A stretch of 64,000 nt of DNA from Eledone cirrhosa (GCA_964016885.1 OZ024744.1:76880001-76944000), one strand, 5' to 3'. Shown: positions 38,240 through 52,103, counted from the first letter of the stretch. The notes: generated from the sequence alone by a model not told the origin. Numbers and translations: made by a program.

Positions 38240-38279
<40 letters not shown>

Positions 38280-38413
38280 AGAAGAAGAAGAAGAAGAAGA
38301 AGAAGAAGAAGAAGAAGAAGAAGAAGAAGAAGAAGAAGAAGAAGAAGAAGAAGAAGAAGAAGAAGAAGAAGAAGAAGAAGAAGAAGAAGAAGAAGAAGAA
38401 GAAGAAGAAGAAG
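38240..38413. repeat. (GAC)n-(GAA)n trinucleotide tract
   Basis: Direct reading. Confidence 0.95.
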
Positions 38414-38700
38414 ATGTACAGCAAAATCTTATTAGATGAGCTTGTACCTGTTGTGTGGTGTGTGTCTGTGTGTGTATGTATGTATGTGTGGATTGGTGGG
38501 GAGAGGTAGACTAATGTGTCGCTTGATTAAATACAACACAGGTCTGAAAGTATTCCTAACAAGTCCCTTGAAGTGTTATTTCCTATAGATGCAACATGAG
38601 AGTCACAGGTTCTCCCTTCCTTTCTCCTTACCATTTAGCATTTTTTTTTTTCTCTTGAATAAAATTCGTCAAGTTAACCTCTTCCATATATAAATTGGTA

Positions 38701-39505
38701 GGCGCGTGGCTGAGTGGTTAGAGAATTGGATTCGCATATCGTGAGGTTATGAGTTCGATTCCCGGACCGGGTGATGCTATATGTTCTTGAGCAAGACACT
38801 TTATTTCACGTTGTTCCTTCTACCCGGAGTTTCGACCAATAGAAAGTATTAGCAATTGGAAAGACCAATGGAAACATTGTTTCCTCGGTCCGATTTGAGA
38901 AAAGTCGATCGACTGTTGATTGATATATAAATTTGAGCGACTTCCGCCCGTGCGTCCGTCACACAATTTGTGTGTGTGTGTGTGTGTGTGTGTTTGTGTG
39001 AATGTATGTATGTGTAAAATGATGGAAGGGGATGGTGAAAAAACTATAGCAAAACAGTGGCTGGGGTTCCATTTGTTGCGCTGTGTATGAGTGTATGTGT
39101 GTGGGTTGTGGGTTGTGTTCTTGAGCAAAAACCACTTCAATTTATGTTGCTCCAGTATACGCAGCCTAAAATGAGTACCATCAACAACTAGGGGTTTAAC
39201 TCTGAGATGGACTGTAGAAATGACTTGCCACATCACTGGTGCCAACATGTATCAGTCATTGCCTTTCCCCTGCCAATATCGGTGGCATAGAGAGGGGAGA
39301 CTGGCATGCATGGGCGACTACTGGTCTTCCACAAAACAAATTTTGCCCAGGCTTGTGCCTCGGAAGAGAACTTCCTAGGTGCAAAACCATGGCCATTCAT
39401 GACTGAGTGGGGCCTTCATATGGACTGGTGTACTGCCCAGGGGGTAGTTATGTACTCTCAGTCGCTTCACGTCATGGAAATCGGGGTAAGTATCAGCCTG
39501 ATGAG
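38701..39505 (+). mobile_element. Nested fragments of second-family tRNA-SINEs and a Helitron
   Basis: tRNA-like head at 38701, gttcttgagcaagacactttatttcacgttg core, and tail tactctcagtcgcttcacgtcatggaaatcggggtaag. Confidence 0.6.
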
Positions 39506-39769
39506 TCTTCGAGTTCGAGACACACTTTAGAGGCGAGACTTTTTTTAGTGAACCCGTGCCGTCAATATTTTGAGTCAAAGATTAGTATGCCATGCCATAT
39601 ATACCAGAATTACCAGAGATGTAAACAGTTATGCAAACTGGGAAATTTTGCTTTTAATAAATTTATGGTTTGCATTAGAGGAACCCTATAGTTTTATTGA
39701 TTACTAACACATGGAAGTAATTAATGAATATTGGGTAATGACCGAAAGAATACGATCGCGAATACAAGC

Positions 39770-40045
39770 AATAGAAATGGGTCCCTCCGAAAGGTCTTTG
39801 GAGAAACATTACTCGATAGAGTGCGTAGCTCTGAGATCAGAGTAACTCCAGGGAGAGCCACTACTTTTCCGAATTGAGAGATCACAGGTCCGATATTATG
39901 GAGGGTATGTGGTTAGTCTCAGGACAGAATCGTTGAACAGATCTTATGGGCAAAACCAGCTGGCAGGAGACCCAGGGGTAGACACCGAGCAAGATGGTTG
40001 GATAAAATCCATGAGCTTGGCTGGTCTCGCTTGGGCATCTATCTA
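39770..40045 (+). mobile_element. RTE-clade (Rex3/Expander-like) ORF C-terminal fragment
   Basis: Translates as ...LLDRVRSSEIR...EPLLFRIERSQVR...KPAGRRPRGRHRARWLDKIHELGWSRLGI. Confidence 0.75.
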
Positions 40046-40054
40046 GATCGGTAA

Positions 40055-40281
40055 AAGAAGAAGAAGAAGAAGAAGAAGAAGAAGAAGAAGAAGAAGAAGA
40101 AGAAGAAGAAGAAGAAGAAGAAGAAGAAGAAGAAGAAGGAGGAGGAGGAGGAGGAGGAGGAGGAGGAGGAGGCGGGGGGGAGAAGAAGAAGAAGAAGAAG
40201 AAGAAGAAGAAGAAGAAGAAGAAGAAGAAGAAGAAGAAGAAGAAGAAGAAGAAGAAGAAGAAGAAGAAGAAGAAGAAGAAG
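40055..40281. repeat. (GAA)n/(GGA)n tract
   Basis: Direct reading. Confidence 0.95.
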
Positions 40282-40585
40282 ATATAATTAGATAAATGTA
40301 ATGTTCAGCATATATGTACAATTGACATACAGGATTAAATGTGTGATTAACTTTCGAGAAATAACTTTATGTGGACAATTATAGGTGTAGAACCCTGGAC
40401 CGTGTGACTGGAAAGCGAACTTCTTATTGTAGCAATATAACGGAAATAGAAAATGGGTTGTATTGTGTGTGCGTCTATGTATACATTTTAAAGAGTTGCA
40501 GACCTGCTTTTTCTCAAATAATTTTTTTCGTTTCTACCACTGTTCCCTCTCCTCTATCTTTCTATTTCTTTTATTTCTCGTACTA

Positions 40586-40621
40586 TTTTCTGATGAAGGA
40601 CTAACGTGCGAAACGTTAAGA
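40586..40621 (+). ncRNA. Minimal hammerhead motif, slightly decayed
   Basis: TTTT-CTGATGA-a-GGAC taac GTGC-GAAA-CG-TT-AAGA. Confidence 0.55.
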
Positions 40622-41035
40622 CTATTTTCTTACTATATCAAGCGTAAAACTAATATATGTCTTCATTGTACTGTGTCGTTTTCTTTGTTAATCTGTGTGG
40701 TCATATCAAAAGATCAACTCGTGGTGTGAGTAAGTTATGTCTATAAGGAAAGTTAACCGATAAGAGAAGCAAAGGTCGACAGCAAAAAACGCTGGCTTGA
40801 TAATGTCAACTTATGGACTGAACTTTAAGCTGTTTAAATTCTGCTGTTGGTGATCGAACTTTTCGGAGAAAAATATATGATGTTGATGTGCAGTCTGCAA
40901 CTGGCGGAGAGAGCGCTCCATATATATATATATATATATATATGAACCAACCGGAAACTTATGATAAATTGAAGTGAAAACCAGCAGATGCATGTGTTTT
41001 TATTGGCAGCATGACCCTCCCAAAGTATAACAATG

Positions 41036-41069
<34 letters not shown>

Positions 41070-41072
<3 letters not shown>

Positions 41073-41475
41073 GGTTCGTTGATTACTCAACGAATACAAT
41101 TTTACAATAGATTAGAAGCACTCAACAGTGGTTTTACTGGAGTTTTTAATATTATTCAAAATGTTAACAAATGAAAAATATTCTTATAATCAAAATATAT
41201 ACTTTATTATACATATTTCAAAGGTACTGTGGTGTTTAAGTACGTTTTCATCAGACAAAATATAAGATTAGATATCTGACATACCGCTACGGTCTTGATG
41301 ATTCAATTCCACTATTGCCAATACTGGATTTGAATAAACAAGACTGTAGCGATATGTCGTATATCAAATCATATATTTTGTCTGATGAAAACGTACTTAA
41401 ACACCACAGTACCTTTGAAATATGTATAATAAAGTATATATTTTGATTATGAGAATATTTTTCATTTTGAATAAT
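41070..41475. mobile_element. Fold-back HHR element
   Basis: Arms about 41150-41317 / 41319-41475. HHR at 41376-41434 (+): TTTTGT-CTGATGA...GTAC...GTAC...GAAA-TATGTA-TA-ATAAAG. (TA)n on both sides. Confidence 0.8.
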
Positions 41476-42323
41476 ATATATATATATATGTATTTTTTTC
41501 CTTCCTCTCTCCTCAACCCCTCTCCTGTTCTTCCTCCTTTTCCTCTCCTTCCTTTTCTCTCTCCTTTTTTCTCTCTTTCTCTCTCCTTTTCCACCTGGCC
41601 TTTTGATTAATAAACGGCCTCGGGCGCACCCGAACTATACCGATGTCCTGTAATTCAGCGCCGAAACATCAGATCGGGAAACATCTACAACTGACGATGG
41701 AAACTCCTTTCTTCCTTTCTCCTCCTGTTCCGTCCTAACCACCACCCTAAACCTTGTTTTCAGTAACCACACAGCTCCTTTCGTTTCACATCATTTTGTG
41801 TATATATATATATATATAATAGATATAAATCGAAATTGTAGCCGCAGTATATCACAGATATCTATCGAATTGTTTGAAGCAATCACAAACACAAACACAA
41901 AGCGTATTATTTTGGTTCATATTTGCATATTCACGTTTAAGTATAAATGGGCAGGGTGTTTGGGCTCGGCCAACTCGGCAGTCTCAGAGGCGGACAACTC
42001 TGAGCATAAACCCTTACTAACTGGGAGTACCTCTGTGGAGGCGAAGGCTATGGCGGGAGTCAGTCAACCCTCGAATGTAAATTAGATCGGAAGAGAAGTC
42101 GATGCCTACTGAGCATATTCAACACGAAGATAACATGAAAGAAATAATGACCTTGGCCTTGAACCATGAGGATGGGATTTATTCATTTATTAATTCTGCT
42201 ATTCTGCTGATCGGATTCAACATCGTAACAACTGTTGTTTTGCTGGTATTCTCTTACAAGCAGTGTTGGTCACTGTATATATATATATATATACAGAAAG
42301 CAGAAAGAGACGTGTCAATAGAC

Positions 42324-42411
42324 GTGTCCGAGGAACCTGTGAATCCAGAGTCAGGTCGATCGACACACGGATCGCACCTCGAGCTGTTCGCCGGGGAAAC
42401 AATTGTAACAC
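42324..42411 (+). ncRNA. Degenerate Type I hammerhead motif
   Basis: GTGT-CCGAGGA (U4>C)...GAAA-CAATTG-TA-ACAC; palindromic stem III. Confidence 0.5.
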
Positions 42412-43044
42412 AATAAATTGAGTTCCGATGCATCACTGATTTTTCGTTTTCCATTCTATATATACATATATATACCTGTCTCTAATTCTCTATACGAGGA
42501 AATTAATTTTGGATTTCCAAGTTATTTTCATAAAAGTAGTCTTAATATAACCACATTATATTTAGACAATATAAATAAGTCGTTTATTTTGTTCATCTGA
42601 CCAAAATAATTACATCCAATAAATTACTAACAGAATCTCCAAACTCCTTTCAATTCTCATATTCTGTAAATTAGTAAAGAGTATCCAGAAATTGCGAAAA
42701 CGGTCGAAAATGGCCGAAAATGAACGAAAATGGTCAAAAATGGTCAAAAATGCCTGCCAGAGACAAATAAATCCGATATTTTTAGAATCCGGTTTAGTTA
42801 GATTATTACTATATCTAATGAACTTTTATGAAGCCAATATGTAATTATCAGACAAAGTAATTAAGTTTCCATTATATATTGATGTTGATAGAATACACAC
42901 CACAGAGAAAAGTATTTACAAATGGTATTTTCTTACAAATAAACAACTCCAGCGCAGCGAGCTTCGTAACAATTTCTTCATTTACTAATTTTAAATTTCC
43001 TGTGAATCAACTAAAGGAAAATGACTTCTTCATCCGATAGAAAT

Positions 43045-43511
43045 AATAATTGTTTCTATTTTTTTGGCACAAGGCCAGCAATTATCCAGTACATTACTGG
43101 TACTTTATTTTATCGACCCCGTAAGGATGAAAGGCAAAGTTGACCTCGGCGGGATTTGAACTCAGAATGGAAAGGGCCGTAATTCTATGCTTCAAAGCAT
43201 GGTGTGCGACTCTCTTCCGATACTGCCAATCCACCGCCCTAGAAATAATAATACCAATATAACATATAATATATAATTTAGATCACACCTACTTTACTGT
43301 CTTTCAATGAAATGGGGGACATATTAAATAATTGTTTCTACTTTAGGCACAAGGCCAGCAATTACCCAGTGTATTACTGGTACTTTATTTTATCGACCCC
43401 GTAAGGATGAAAGGCAAAGTCAACCTCGGCGGGATTTGAACTCAGATCGTAAAGGGACGTAACTATGCTGGAAAGCATGGCGTCCGACCCTCTACCGATA
43501 CTGCCAATCCA
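43045..43511 (-). mobile_element. Two tRNA-SINE copies
   Basis: Reverse complements of the major SINE at 43045-43240 and 43328-43511. Confidence 0.9.
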
Positions 43512-43820
43512 AATAATGCATATATATATATACATATATATCTGTATATAAATTTGAGCGATTTCCGTCCGTCTTTCACACAATGTGTGTGTGTGTTGTA
43601 TGTGTATGTGTATGTTGTATGTTGTTGTGTGTGTGTTTGTATGTGTGTGTGTGAATGCATGTGTGTGTAAAAGGAAGGAAGGAGATGGTGAAAACACTAT
43701 AGAAAAACAGAGACAAGCGTTCCATTTACTACGCTTTAAAAATGACCAAGACACATCGATGTATGTCTCGACAATGCTCGCATGACTTCAAGAGTTACGG
43801 TTCCATAGAAACATACATAC

Positions 43821-44387
43821 ATGGTGGCTCGTTTTCGAGTACGGCCACTACTTTATATCCATGTAGGAGAACCCCTACTGATGCGCTGAACGAGTGAGAT
43901 TTTAGTCCAGCCAGCGACTTGAAAACTCTGGTACAAACACTACACTTGTGACAATTACTAACACATAGTGCTGGGCCCATGGTACCATGTGATGACAAGT
44001 GCAGAGAGATCTCCAGATATAAAGCAATGCCTGTGCCGTGAAGCTTTTATAGTGAGCATAGGCGCTGCACAAAGCCAGTCCCACTCTCTTAATCAAGATG
44101 ATATTTACCAAAAAGAAGAACAAGTCAACATCATTGGATACCATCAGGGTTGCAGGTGTTATATCAGAGTTTTCCTTCTCCTAGAATTCTGCCTTGACAA
44201 AGGCTAAGGGGTTATCTCTCCCGGTGATTTGGGATGGCCATTGACTCTTAAGAGCTCCTTTACCCTTTGACAGGTTTTGTTTTTAGTCCTGCAGGATGTC
44301 CAAAGTCACCCTCCTCACCAAGAAACCTTGGTGGAGTTGCCAGTTTAGTCGCCAACGACCCGACCATGAGACAGGTTGTACTGGGAT
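43821..44387 (-). mobile_element. RTE-derived bipartite element
   Basis: Reverse complement of 21016-21590. Confidence 0.8.
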
Positions 44388-44507
44388 ACATGTTACCAGT
44401 AGCACAAATTGGTGCTACTGGTAACATACATACATACATACATACATACATACATACATACATACATACATACATACATACATACATACATACATACATA
44501 CATACAT

Positions 44508-45650
44508 TAAGATTATGAGAGTTGGAAGGGAACTCCTTGAAAGATACTCCCTGCATGATAATAAAAGCTCACACCCAGCAATACCGCAGCGATTCCATGG
44601 ATGAAAAACTGCATGCTTAGCAAAAATCCTGCATAGATATGTTGCCAGGAGGCTTCAGAGTAAAAGTAATATAGATAAGCAAAGTAGTCTATCTTGGACC
44701 AACAACCGCTATATTGGCTCCCACTTTGAAGGATACGCTTTTGCAATCCAAGAACGGGAAATCAACACGAAATACCTGATTCACAAAGAGATAGGGATGG
44801 AGGCAAAACACCTAGATGTGATAACGAGTGCAGACTCTTTAGAATTAACAGCGAAGATGTCACCCCTGTCATAAGCAGCTGTCCAAAGATGTCATTCGCG
44901 GTACTATCTACCTATGAGATATGATGTAGTGGCCAAAACACTGTACAATGCAATCCATAGAAAAGATAGCCCTGATAATAAACACATTAAAAGCTACAAC
45001 AATGTGGAAGACATCCATGTACATAATATGAAAGAGTACTGGTGGAATGTTCCAGTAAAAACCCCAATAAAATGCAGGCATAACAGACCAGATATTATGA
45101 TATGGGACAGGGAGAAGAAAACATGCACAGTAGTGGAAATTAGCTGCCCAGCAGATGCCAATATAATGTTAAAGATTAGCGAAAAGGAGAATATCTATGC
45201 AGAACTAATGAGAAATTTGCAGATACTCCACCCTGATTACACCTTCAGATTTATGCCTGTGATTATTGGGGCACTGGGATATGTTAGTAACTGCCTCAGT
45301 ACAAATCTTGAGAAGCTGGGCTTCACAGGAACAGAAAAAACACGACTAGTTACAATCCATTAATGGAACAGTAAAAATATGTAAAACATTCCAAAAATTG
45401 TGCATCTAATAACTACATATACGCATGTACATATACAAAGCATATACACATGCACACATACAACTCAAAACATACACATCCTCACATACAATAACATCCA
45501 TACCTGCACACACATGAAAGCAGACATGCATACATATCTACCTAGTTGGTGTTGTGTAAATTCCAATGAGAGAGTCTTGTATCTAAATTAGAAACCGACT
45601 CTCTCTCTCTATTGGTAAAAATTTGTGAAATTATAAAACCAGAAGAAAAT
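44508..45650 (+). mobile_element. 5'-truncated R4/Dong-like retrotransposon, subfamily 2
   Basis: EYWWNVPVKTPIKCRHNRPDIMIWDREKKTCTVVEISCP...EKENIY; (CATA)n on both sides. Confidence 0.85.
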
Positions 45651-45751
45651 ACATACATGAATACATACATACATACATACATACATACATACATACATAC
45701 ATACATACATACATACATACATACATACATACATACATACATACATACATA

Positions 45752-46232
45752 CATGGTGGCTCGTTTTCGAGTACGGCCACTACTTTATATCCATGTAGAG
45801 AACCCCGACTGATGCGCTGAACGAGTGTGACTTTTTAGTCCAGCCAGCGACTTGAAAACTCTGGTACAAACACTACACTTGTGACAATTATTGATACATA
45901 GTGCTGGGCCCATAGTACCATGTGACGACAAGTGCAGAGAGATCTCCAGATATAAAGCAATGCCTGTGCCGTGAAGCTATTATAGTGAGCAAAGGTACTG
46001 CACAAAGCCAGTCCCACTCTCTTAACCAAGATGATATTTACCAAAAAGAAGAACAAGTCAACATCATTGGATACCATCAGAGTTGCAGGTGTTATATCAG
46101 AGTTTTCCTTCTCCTAGAATTCTGCCTTGACAAAGGCTAAGGGGTCATCTCTCCCGGTGATTTTGGATGAACATTGACTCTTAAGAGCTCCTTTGAGGAG
46201 GGTGACTTTGGACATCCTGCAGGACTAAAAAC
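45752..46232 (-). mobile_element. RTE-derived bipartite element with a short 5' inversion
   Basis: 45752-46194 is on the minus strand; 46195-46232 is a plus-strand piece of the same element. Confidence 0.75.
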
Positions 46233-46294
46233 AATACATACATACATACATACATACATACATACATACATACATACATACATACATACATACA

Positions 46295-47110
46295 ATACAG
46301 ACCATAGAGGGGATAAACCACTCAAAAAGCCTGGCATGGAGTTCCGACAAGTTTATGACATCACACCTTGAGGGATATCTCTATACAATACAGGAACAGA
46401 ACTCCCTACCAAATATCTGTTGCACAAAAGAGGAGGGCCAGCAGCCAACAATAAATGTAGGCTATGTAAAACAAAGATCGAGGATGTAAGCCACATTGTT
46501 GCCAGCTGCAAAAGAATGTCATCTCGCTACTACCTCCCCATGAGACACGATGGGATAGCTAGAACCATCTGGAACGCACTTCGGAAAACAAAATTAACAA
46601 CAAACGAGGAAGAATATATTGAGACAGATGGCACTAAGGAATACTGGTGGAACCTGAAAATAAAAATTGCCACCAAATTAAAGCACAACGGGCTTGATAT
46701 TGTTGTTTGGGACCACACATTGAAAACGTGTTCTGTTGTGGAGATCAGCTGCCCACTTGATGTAATCGTTGTCAGAAAAATACAGGAGAAGGAGGACATC
46801 TACGGACCATTGATGAGGAGTTTACAAATCCAGTATCCAAGATACACCTTTAGCTTCATACCCATTATTATTGGAGCTACGGGTTATATACCAACCCGCT
46901 TGGACCAAAGTATGACTGAACTTGGATTTGCGGACAAAAAGCGCAGCTCCCTAATTCATATTCTACAAATGGCTGCGATAGCTGGCACCTTCAAAATATG
47001 CAAAACATTCTTGCGATTCAAGGGATGACAATTTCTTTTCTTTTACAACCTTGCCACCAGGAAGGTGGCCGGTCAAAAAAAATATACTCGAAATTAAGAG
47101 AAAGAGATAA
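46295..47110 (+). mobile_element. 5'-truncated R4/Dong-like retrotransposon
   Basis: 202-aa CCHC+RLE ORF 46420-47028; (CATA)n on both sides. Confidence 0.9.
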
Positions 47111-47194
47111 CATACATACATACATACATACATACATACATACATACATACATACATACATACATACATACATACATACATACATACATACATA

Positions 47195-49216
47195 GAACGT
47201 CTGACCAAGAACTGGTACACCAATTTGATCCATAGAGGTGAGAAGGAGCAAATTAAGACTGATACAATACACTACCAGAAAGGCATCTTTCAGGGTGATA
47301 GCTTATCAGTTTTGCTCTTCGTCCTCTCACTAAACTCACTATCATACCTGTTCACAAAACAAAGTGGTCATGGAAGTGGGTCCAGAAGTATCTCCCATCT
47401 TTTCTTTATTGATGATCTGAAGTTGTATGGGCCAAATATCAACTATATTAAAAAACAATTGGACCTCATTACACAATTTTCTGCAGACATCAGAATGAAA
47501 TTTGGTGAGTCCAAATGTGAATATTTGACAGTAAAACGTGGAAGGGCTGTGTCCTCCTCTGGAAATCTAGAGATGAACGGCCTGACAATACAACCTCTAC
47601 AGTCAGGTGACAACTACAGATATCTTGGACAAGATGAGAATGTCAGGTATGATGGACTCATATATAAGGAGAGAACCAGGACTGAATACCTCAGGAGAGT
47701 AAAGAAAATATGGTCATCAAAACTATTAGCGTACAACAAATACATTGCCCACAATACTTATGCTGTGCCAATCCTAACACCAACATTTGGCCTGCTGAAC
47801 TGGTCATTGCAAGAACTAAGTGAGATGGATGTTAGAACTCGCAAGCTTCTCAGTGTTACTGGAAAGTTTAACATCAATGGTGATGGGGATAGGCTATAAT
47901 TATCATACAAAGAAGGTGGCCGGGGTCTAGAATCTATATTAACATCATACGAGACCCGAATAATAACACTGAAGCAACATCTTAGGCAGAAGAAAAAGGT
48001 CAACAACTATTTTGCCTAGGTCTATGAACATGAAGGAAATAATTGTTTCCACTTTTGGCATAAGGCCAGCAATTACCCAGGGCAATTACTGGTACTTTAT
48101 TTTATCGACCCCCTAAGGATGAAAGGCAAAGTTAACCTCGGCGGGATTTGAACTCAGAATGGCAAAGGCCGTAACTCTATGCGCCAAAGCATAGCGCCCG
48201 ACCCTCTACCGATACAGCCAATCCACTCACCATCACGAAGGATATAATATCATTAGGATAGCCACTGATCTGGAGGAGAGATACGGAATAAGGCCTGCTA
48301 TAGATCTCTCCCAGAGAAATTGGAAGATCCTATTCAATGTTCGAACAGGATAAAAGAATAGACCAATTTACAGAGAGTTGTGCATGGGTATCTGAGACGA
48401 AAAGCACAGACCATAGAGGGGATAAATCATCCAAAGAGCCTGGCATGGAGTTCCGACAAGTTTACAACATCCCACCTTGAAGGATATCTCTATGCAATAC
48501 ACGAACAAGAAATCCCTACCAAATATCTGCTACACAAAAGAGAAGGGCCGTAAGTAGACAATAAATGTAGGCTTTGTAAAACAAAGATCGAAGATGTTAG
48601 CCACATTGTTGCCAACTGCAAAAGACTGTTGTCTCACTACAACCTCCCCATGAGACACGATGTGATAGCTAGAACCATCTGGAGCGCACTTAGGAAAACA
48701 ACATTAAAAACAAATGAGGAGGAATATGTTGAGACAGATGGCACTAAAGAATACTGGTGGAATCTGAAAGTAAAAACTACCACGAGATTAAAGCACAACA
48801 GGCCTGATATTGTTGTTTGGGACCACACATTGAAAACGTGTTCTGTTGTGGAGATCAGCTGCCCACTTGATGTCAACGTTGTAAGAAAAATACGAGAGAA
48901 GGAGGACATCTACGGGCCATTGATGAGGTGTTTGCAAATCCAGTATCCAAGATACACCTTTAGCTTCATACCCATTATTATTGGAGCTACGGGTTATATA
49001 CCAACCCACTTGGACCAAAGTATGACTGAACTTGGATTTGCGGACAAAAAGCGCAGCTCCCTAATCCATAGACTACAAATGGCTGCGATAGCTGGCACCT
49101 TCAAAATTTTCAAAATATTCTTGCGATTCAAGGGATGACAATTTCTATTCTTTTACAACCTTTTCACCAGGAAGGTGGTCGGTCAAAAATATACTCGAAA
49201 TTAAGAGAAAGAGAAA
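47195..49216 (+). mobile_element. R4/Dong-like retrotransposon (RT to RLE) with a SINE inserted at 48040-48232
   Basis: RT motifs GIFQGDSLSVLLF, SHLFFIDDLKLY, KFGESKC, YRYLG; RLE ORF 48629-49138. Confidence 0.92.
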
Positions 49217-49359
49217 CATATATATATATATACATACATACATCTATAGAAAGCAGCAGGAGTGTAACGTCTGGGGTGCCTTCCGCCATGTGTCTGCTCA
49301 ATTAGGGCTGCACTGGGATTAGACAACAACAGTAACAATACCAACCAAAATTATAAAGG

Positions 49360-49735
49360 AAATAATTTTAGGGCAGGGGAAAGTCGATCAAATCGACTCC
49401 AGTGTATTACTGGTACTTTATTTTATCGACTCCGTAAGGATGAAAGGCAAAGCTAACCTCGGCGGGATTTCAACTCAGAACGTATAGGGCCATAACTCTA
49501 TGGCGCAAAGCATGTCGTCCGACGCTACAACGATACTGCCACTCTGCCGTCCTAAAGGAAATAATTGTTTCTACTTTTGGAACAAGGCCAGCAATTACCC
49601 CCAGTATATTACTGGTACTTTATTTTATCGACCCCGAAAGGATGAAAGGCAAAGTTAACCTCGGCGGGATTTGAACTCAGAATGGCCGATGTTAACTTTG
49701 CCTTTCATCCTTACGGGGTTGATAAATAATACTAG
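49360..49735 (-). mobile_element. tRNA-SINE copies
   Basis: Reverse complements of the major SINE, with a small terminal inversion. Confidence 0.8.
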
Positions 49736-50698
49736 ATGTCATAAACAGAAAATGGAACCAGGTCCATCGGTCCATTGGAACCGCGTAACTACCGTATGAC
49801 GAATCACTGTACTATCGATTACACAACAGAATGCCTTACATTTTATCTTCTCAAGTTAAGTCCTAGAAATGCGTTTCTTCTATTTTAATTATAGTATTTA
49901 AAGCATGGGTTGAAGTATTGGTAAAGTATACGTATGTTGATCTCAAATTAGTACTTTATAATTTCTAATATCAAAATATCTCTAATATCAATCGTTCAAT
50001 CGATTAATCAATACAGTCGGTCAATCGATATATCTATGTAGTATAGGTATAGTATCTCTTGAAAAATCAAAAATCTCTACCTTGCAACAATTATTATTTG
50101 GAATTAATGAGAAGAGACATTTTGCAACGAAAGTGAATAGTTTTGTCTTCGAGATACTCACATATTTAAATCATCTCTCTAGAGCAAAAATATCTGAGAT
50201 TAATTTAAGTTGTTTGAACCAAACGACCATTAAGCTACACTTTCGTAACATATAAATTGAAAAAGGAAGCATCCTCGAAATCCCATTACCTCCTTTTCCC
50301 CCCACTCCTCCCTCTTCAACCCCTCACCCCAACCCTATTCTCCCCCACCCCCAACACACACACAGTCTCCTACCACAACCACCACCGCCGCTACCACCTA
50401 TACCACTACCACTACCATCACTAAACCACTAGCTTGTTGGTTGTTGGTTGTTGGTTGCCTCAAGTGAACTGAGATGATGTAGCAAAGCAGATGCGACTGA
50501 AAATACCTGAATCAAGTAAGTGTACTGATGCAAATATTATTAAAGCAGATACTGTTTCTTCTGCGCAAATACTTGGGTTTCGTGGCTAACATTTCTTGTT
50601 GTGTTAATATACAAGAGCCTAAGCTAAGCTATTCAAACGAATGCAATCGTAAGCACGCATGCTGCTTTAAACATACACACATACATAAATCATACATT

Positions 50699-50867
<169 letters not shown>

Positions 50868-50917
50868 ATATATATACGGATAAGTACAGAGACAAACGGA
50901 GAGAGAATGTGGCAGAA

Positions 50918-50949
<32 letters not shown>

Positions 50950-51145
50950 GGGTAAAGAGAGAGAGATGGAGACAGAGAGAGAGAGAGAGAGTGAGTGAGT
51001 GAGTGAGTGAGAGAGTGAGAGAGAGAGAGAGAGAGTGAGTGAGAGAGAGAGAGACGCTGGCAAACAGATTTTAATACAATAGTACATACAAACATAAATA
51101 TATATATATATATATATATAATTGAACAAAATAATTGTTCAATTA

Positions 51146-51762
51146 TATACAGCTCGGAAAAACCTTTTTCCTAGAGCTAATTTACTGTAATGAGACTATT
51201 TTGAGTTTCTAACTCAATACAAGCTTTTGATATATTTCGGCTCCGTTAATTCGTAGAGCTATTTCAAATGTCGTGTAGACCCGGCTGCTATTTTTAGTGG
51301 CGTAAGTCTGTGCGACACGCTAAGTTCGACAACCATGTGCGTTATATATATACCCACATTTTCCAGTTTTCTATTTGATTTAGAAGTGAGGAGGATACTA
51401 ATTTCTTCACCCTCTCATGAGCCTGGAATTTGGTATATCTCTTCGCAAATAATATTGCGAAACGGTTCTATCAAAGACCGTCTGGGTGATGGTAGGTACA
51501 ACAATACTGGTTTGTATTTATTTTTCTTAATTTATTCTTAAATTGAGTCTAGCAAACCCTATTGCCTGTAGTTAGTATTTTTTTCACCTTAGCGATTTTG
51601 GCCCATTACGATTTGAACACACATATAGATATGTCTGTCTGTGTTCGTTTTTCCTTTTTGTTCAGTTATACTATACGGCTCGGAAAAACCTTTTTTCCTG
51701 GAGCTAATTTACTTTAATGAGACTATTTTGAGTTTCTAACTCAATACATGCTTTTGATATAT
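51146..51762 (+). mobile_element. Terminally redundant element (period 526 bp) with an internal HHR motif
   Basis: Direct repeats 51146-51235 / 51672-51762 (solo inverted relative at 4950-5035). Motif 51407-51489: TCACCCT-CTCATGA...GAAA-CGGT..ACCG-TC-TGGGTGA. Confidence 0.7.
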
Positions 51763-51819
51763 ATATATATATATATTTATATATGTATACATATATGTGG
51801 TTGCATGTGTATAATTCTC

Positions 51820-51866
<47 letters not shown>

Positions 51867-52014
51867 CTGGATAACAAGTTATCTTTATAGGCAATCCACT
51901 TAGAGGTATTAACGTATGGTATTAACGTATGGCTTCGTTTGACTCAACAAGACGCTTCCATAGTGATGCAGCAAGTCCGCGATAATTTCTATGTAGGTTA
52001 TATTTGGAGTAATA

Positions 52015-52102
52015 ATAATTCAAGAAATAAGAGTAACATGGTTGGCTGTACAGTAAGCCCTTATTGTACAGCCAACCATGTTAATCTTATTTCTGGAATT
52101 AT
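52015..52102. repeat. Imperfect hairpin, ~42-bp arms
   Basis: AACATGGTTGGCTGTACAGTAAG cc CTTATTGTACAGCCAACCATGTT. Confidence 0.85.
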
Positions 52103-52103
52103 C

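Noticed and set aside
39497-39525. CTGATGAG motif
   Set aside because: It is the SINE 3' tail; no GAAA, stem III or stem I follows.
41600-41700. GGCGC...GCGCC-GAAAC hairpin resembling an HHR 3' half
   Set aside because: No CUGANGA immediately upstream and no consistent stem I.
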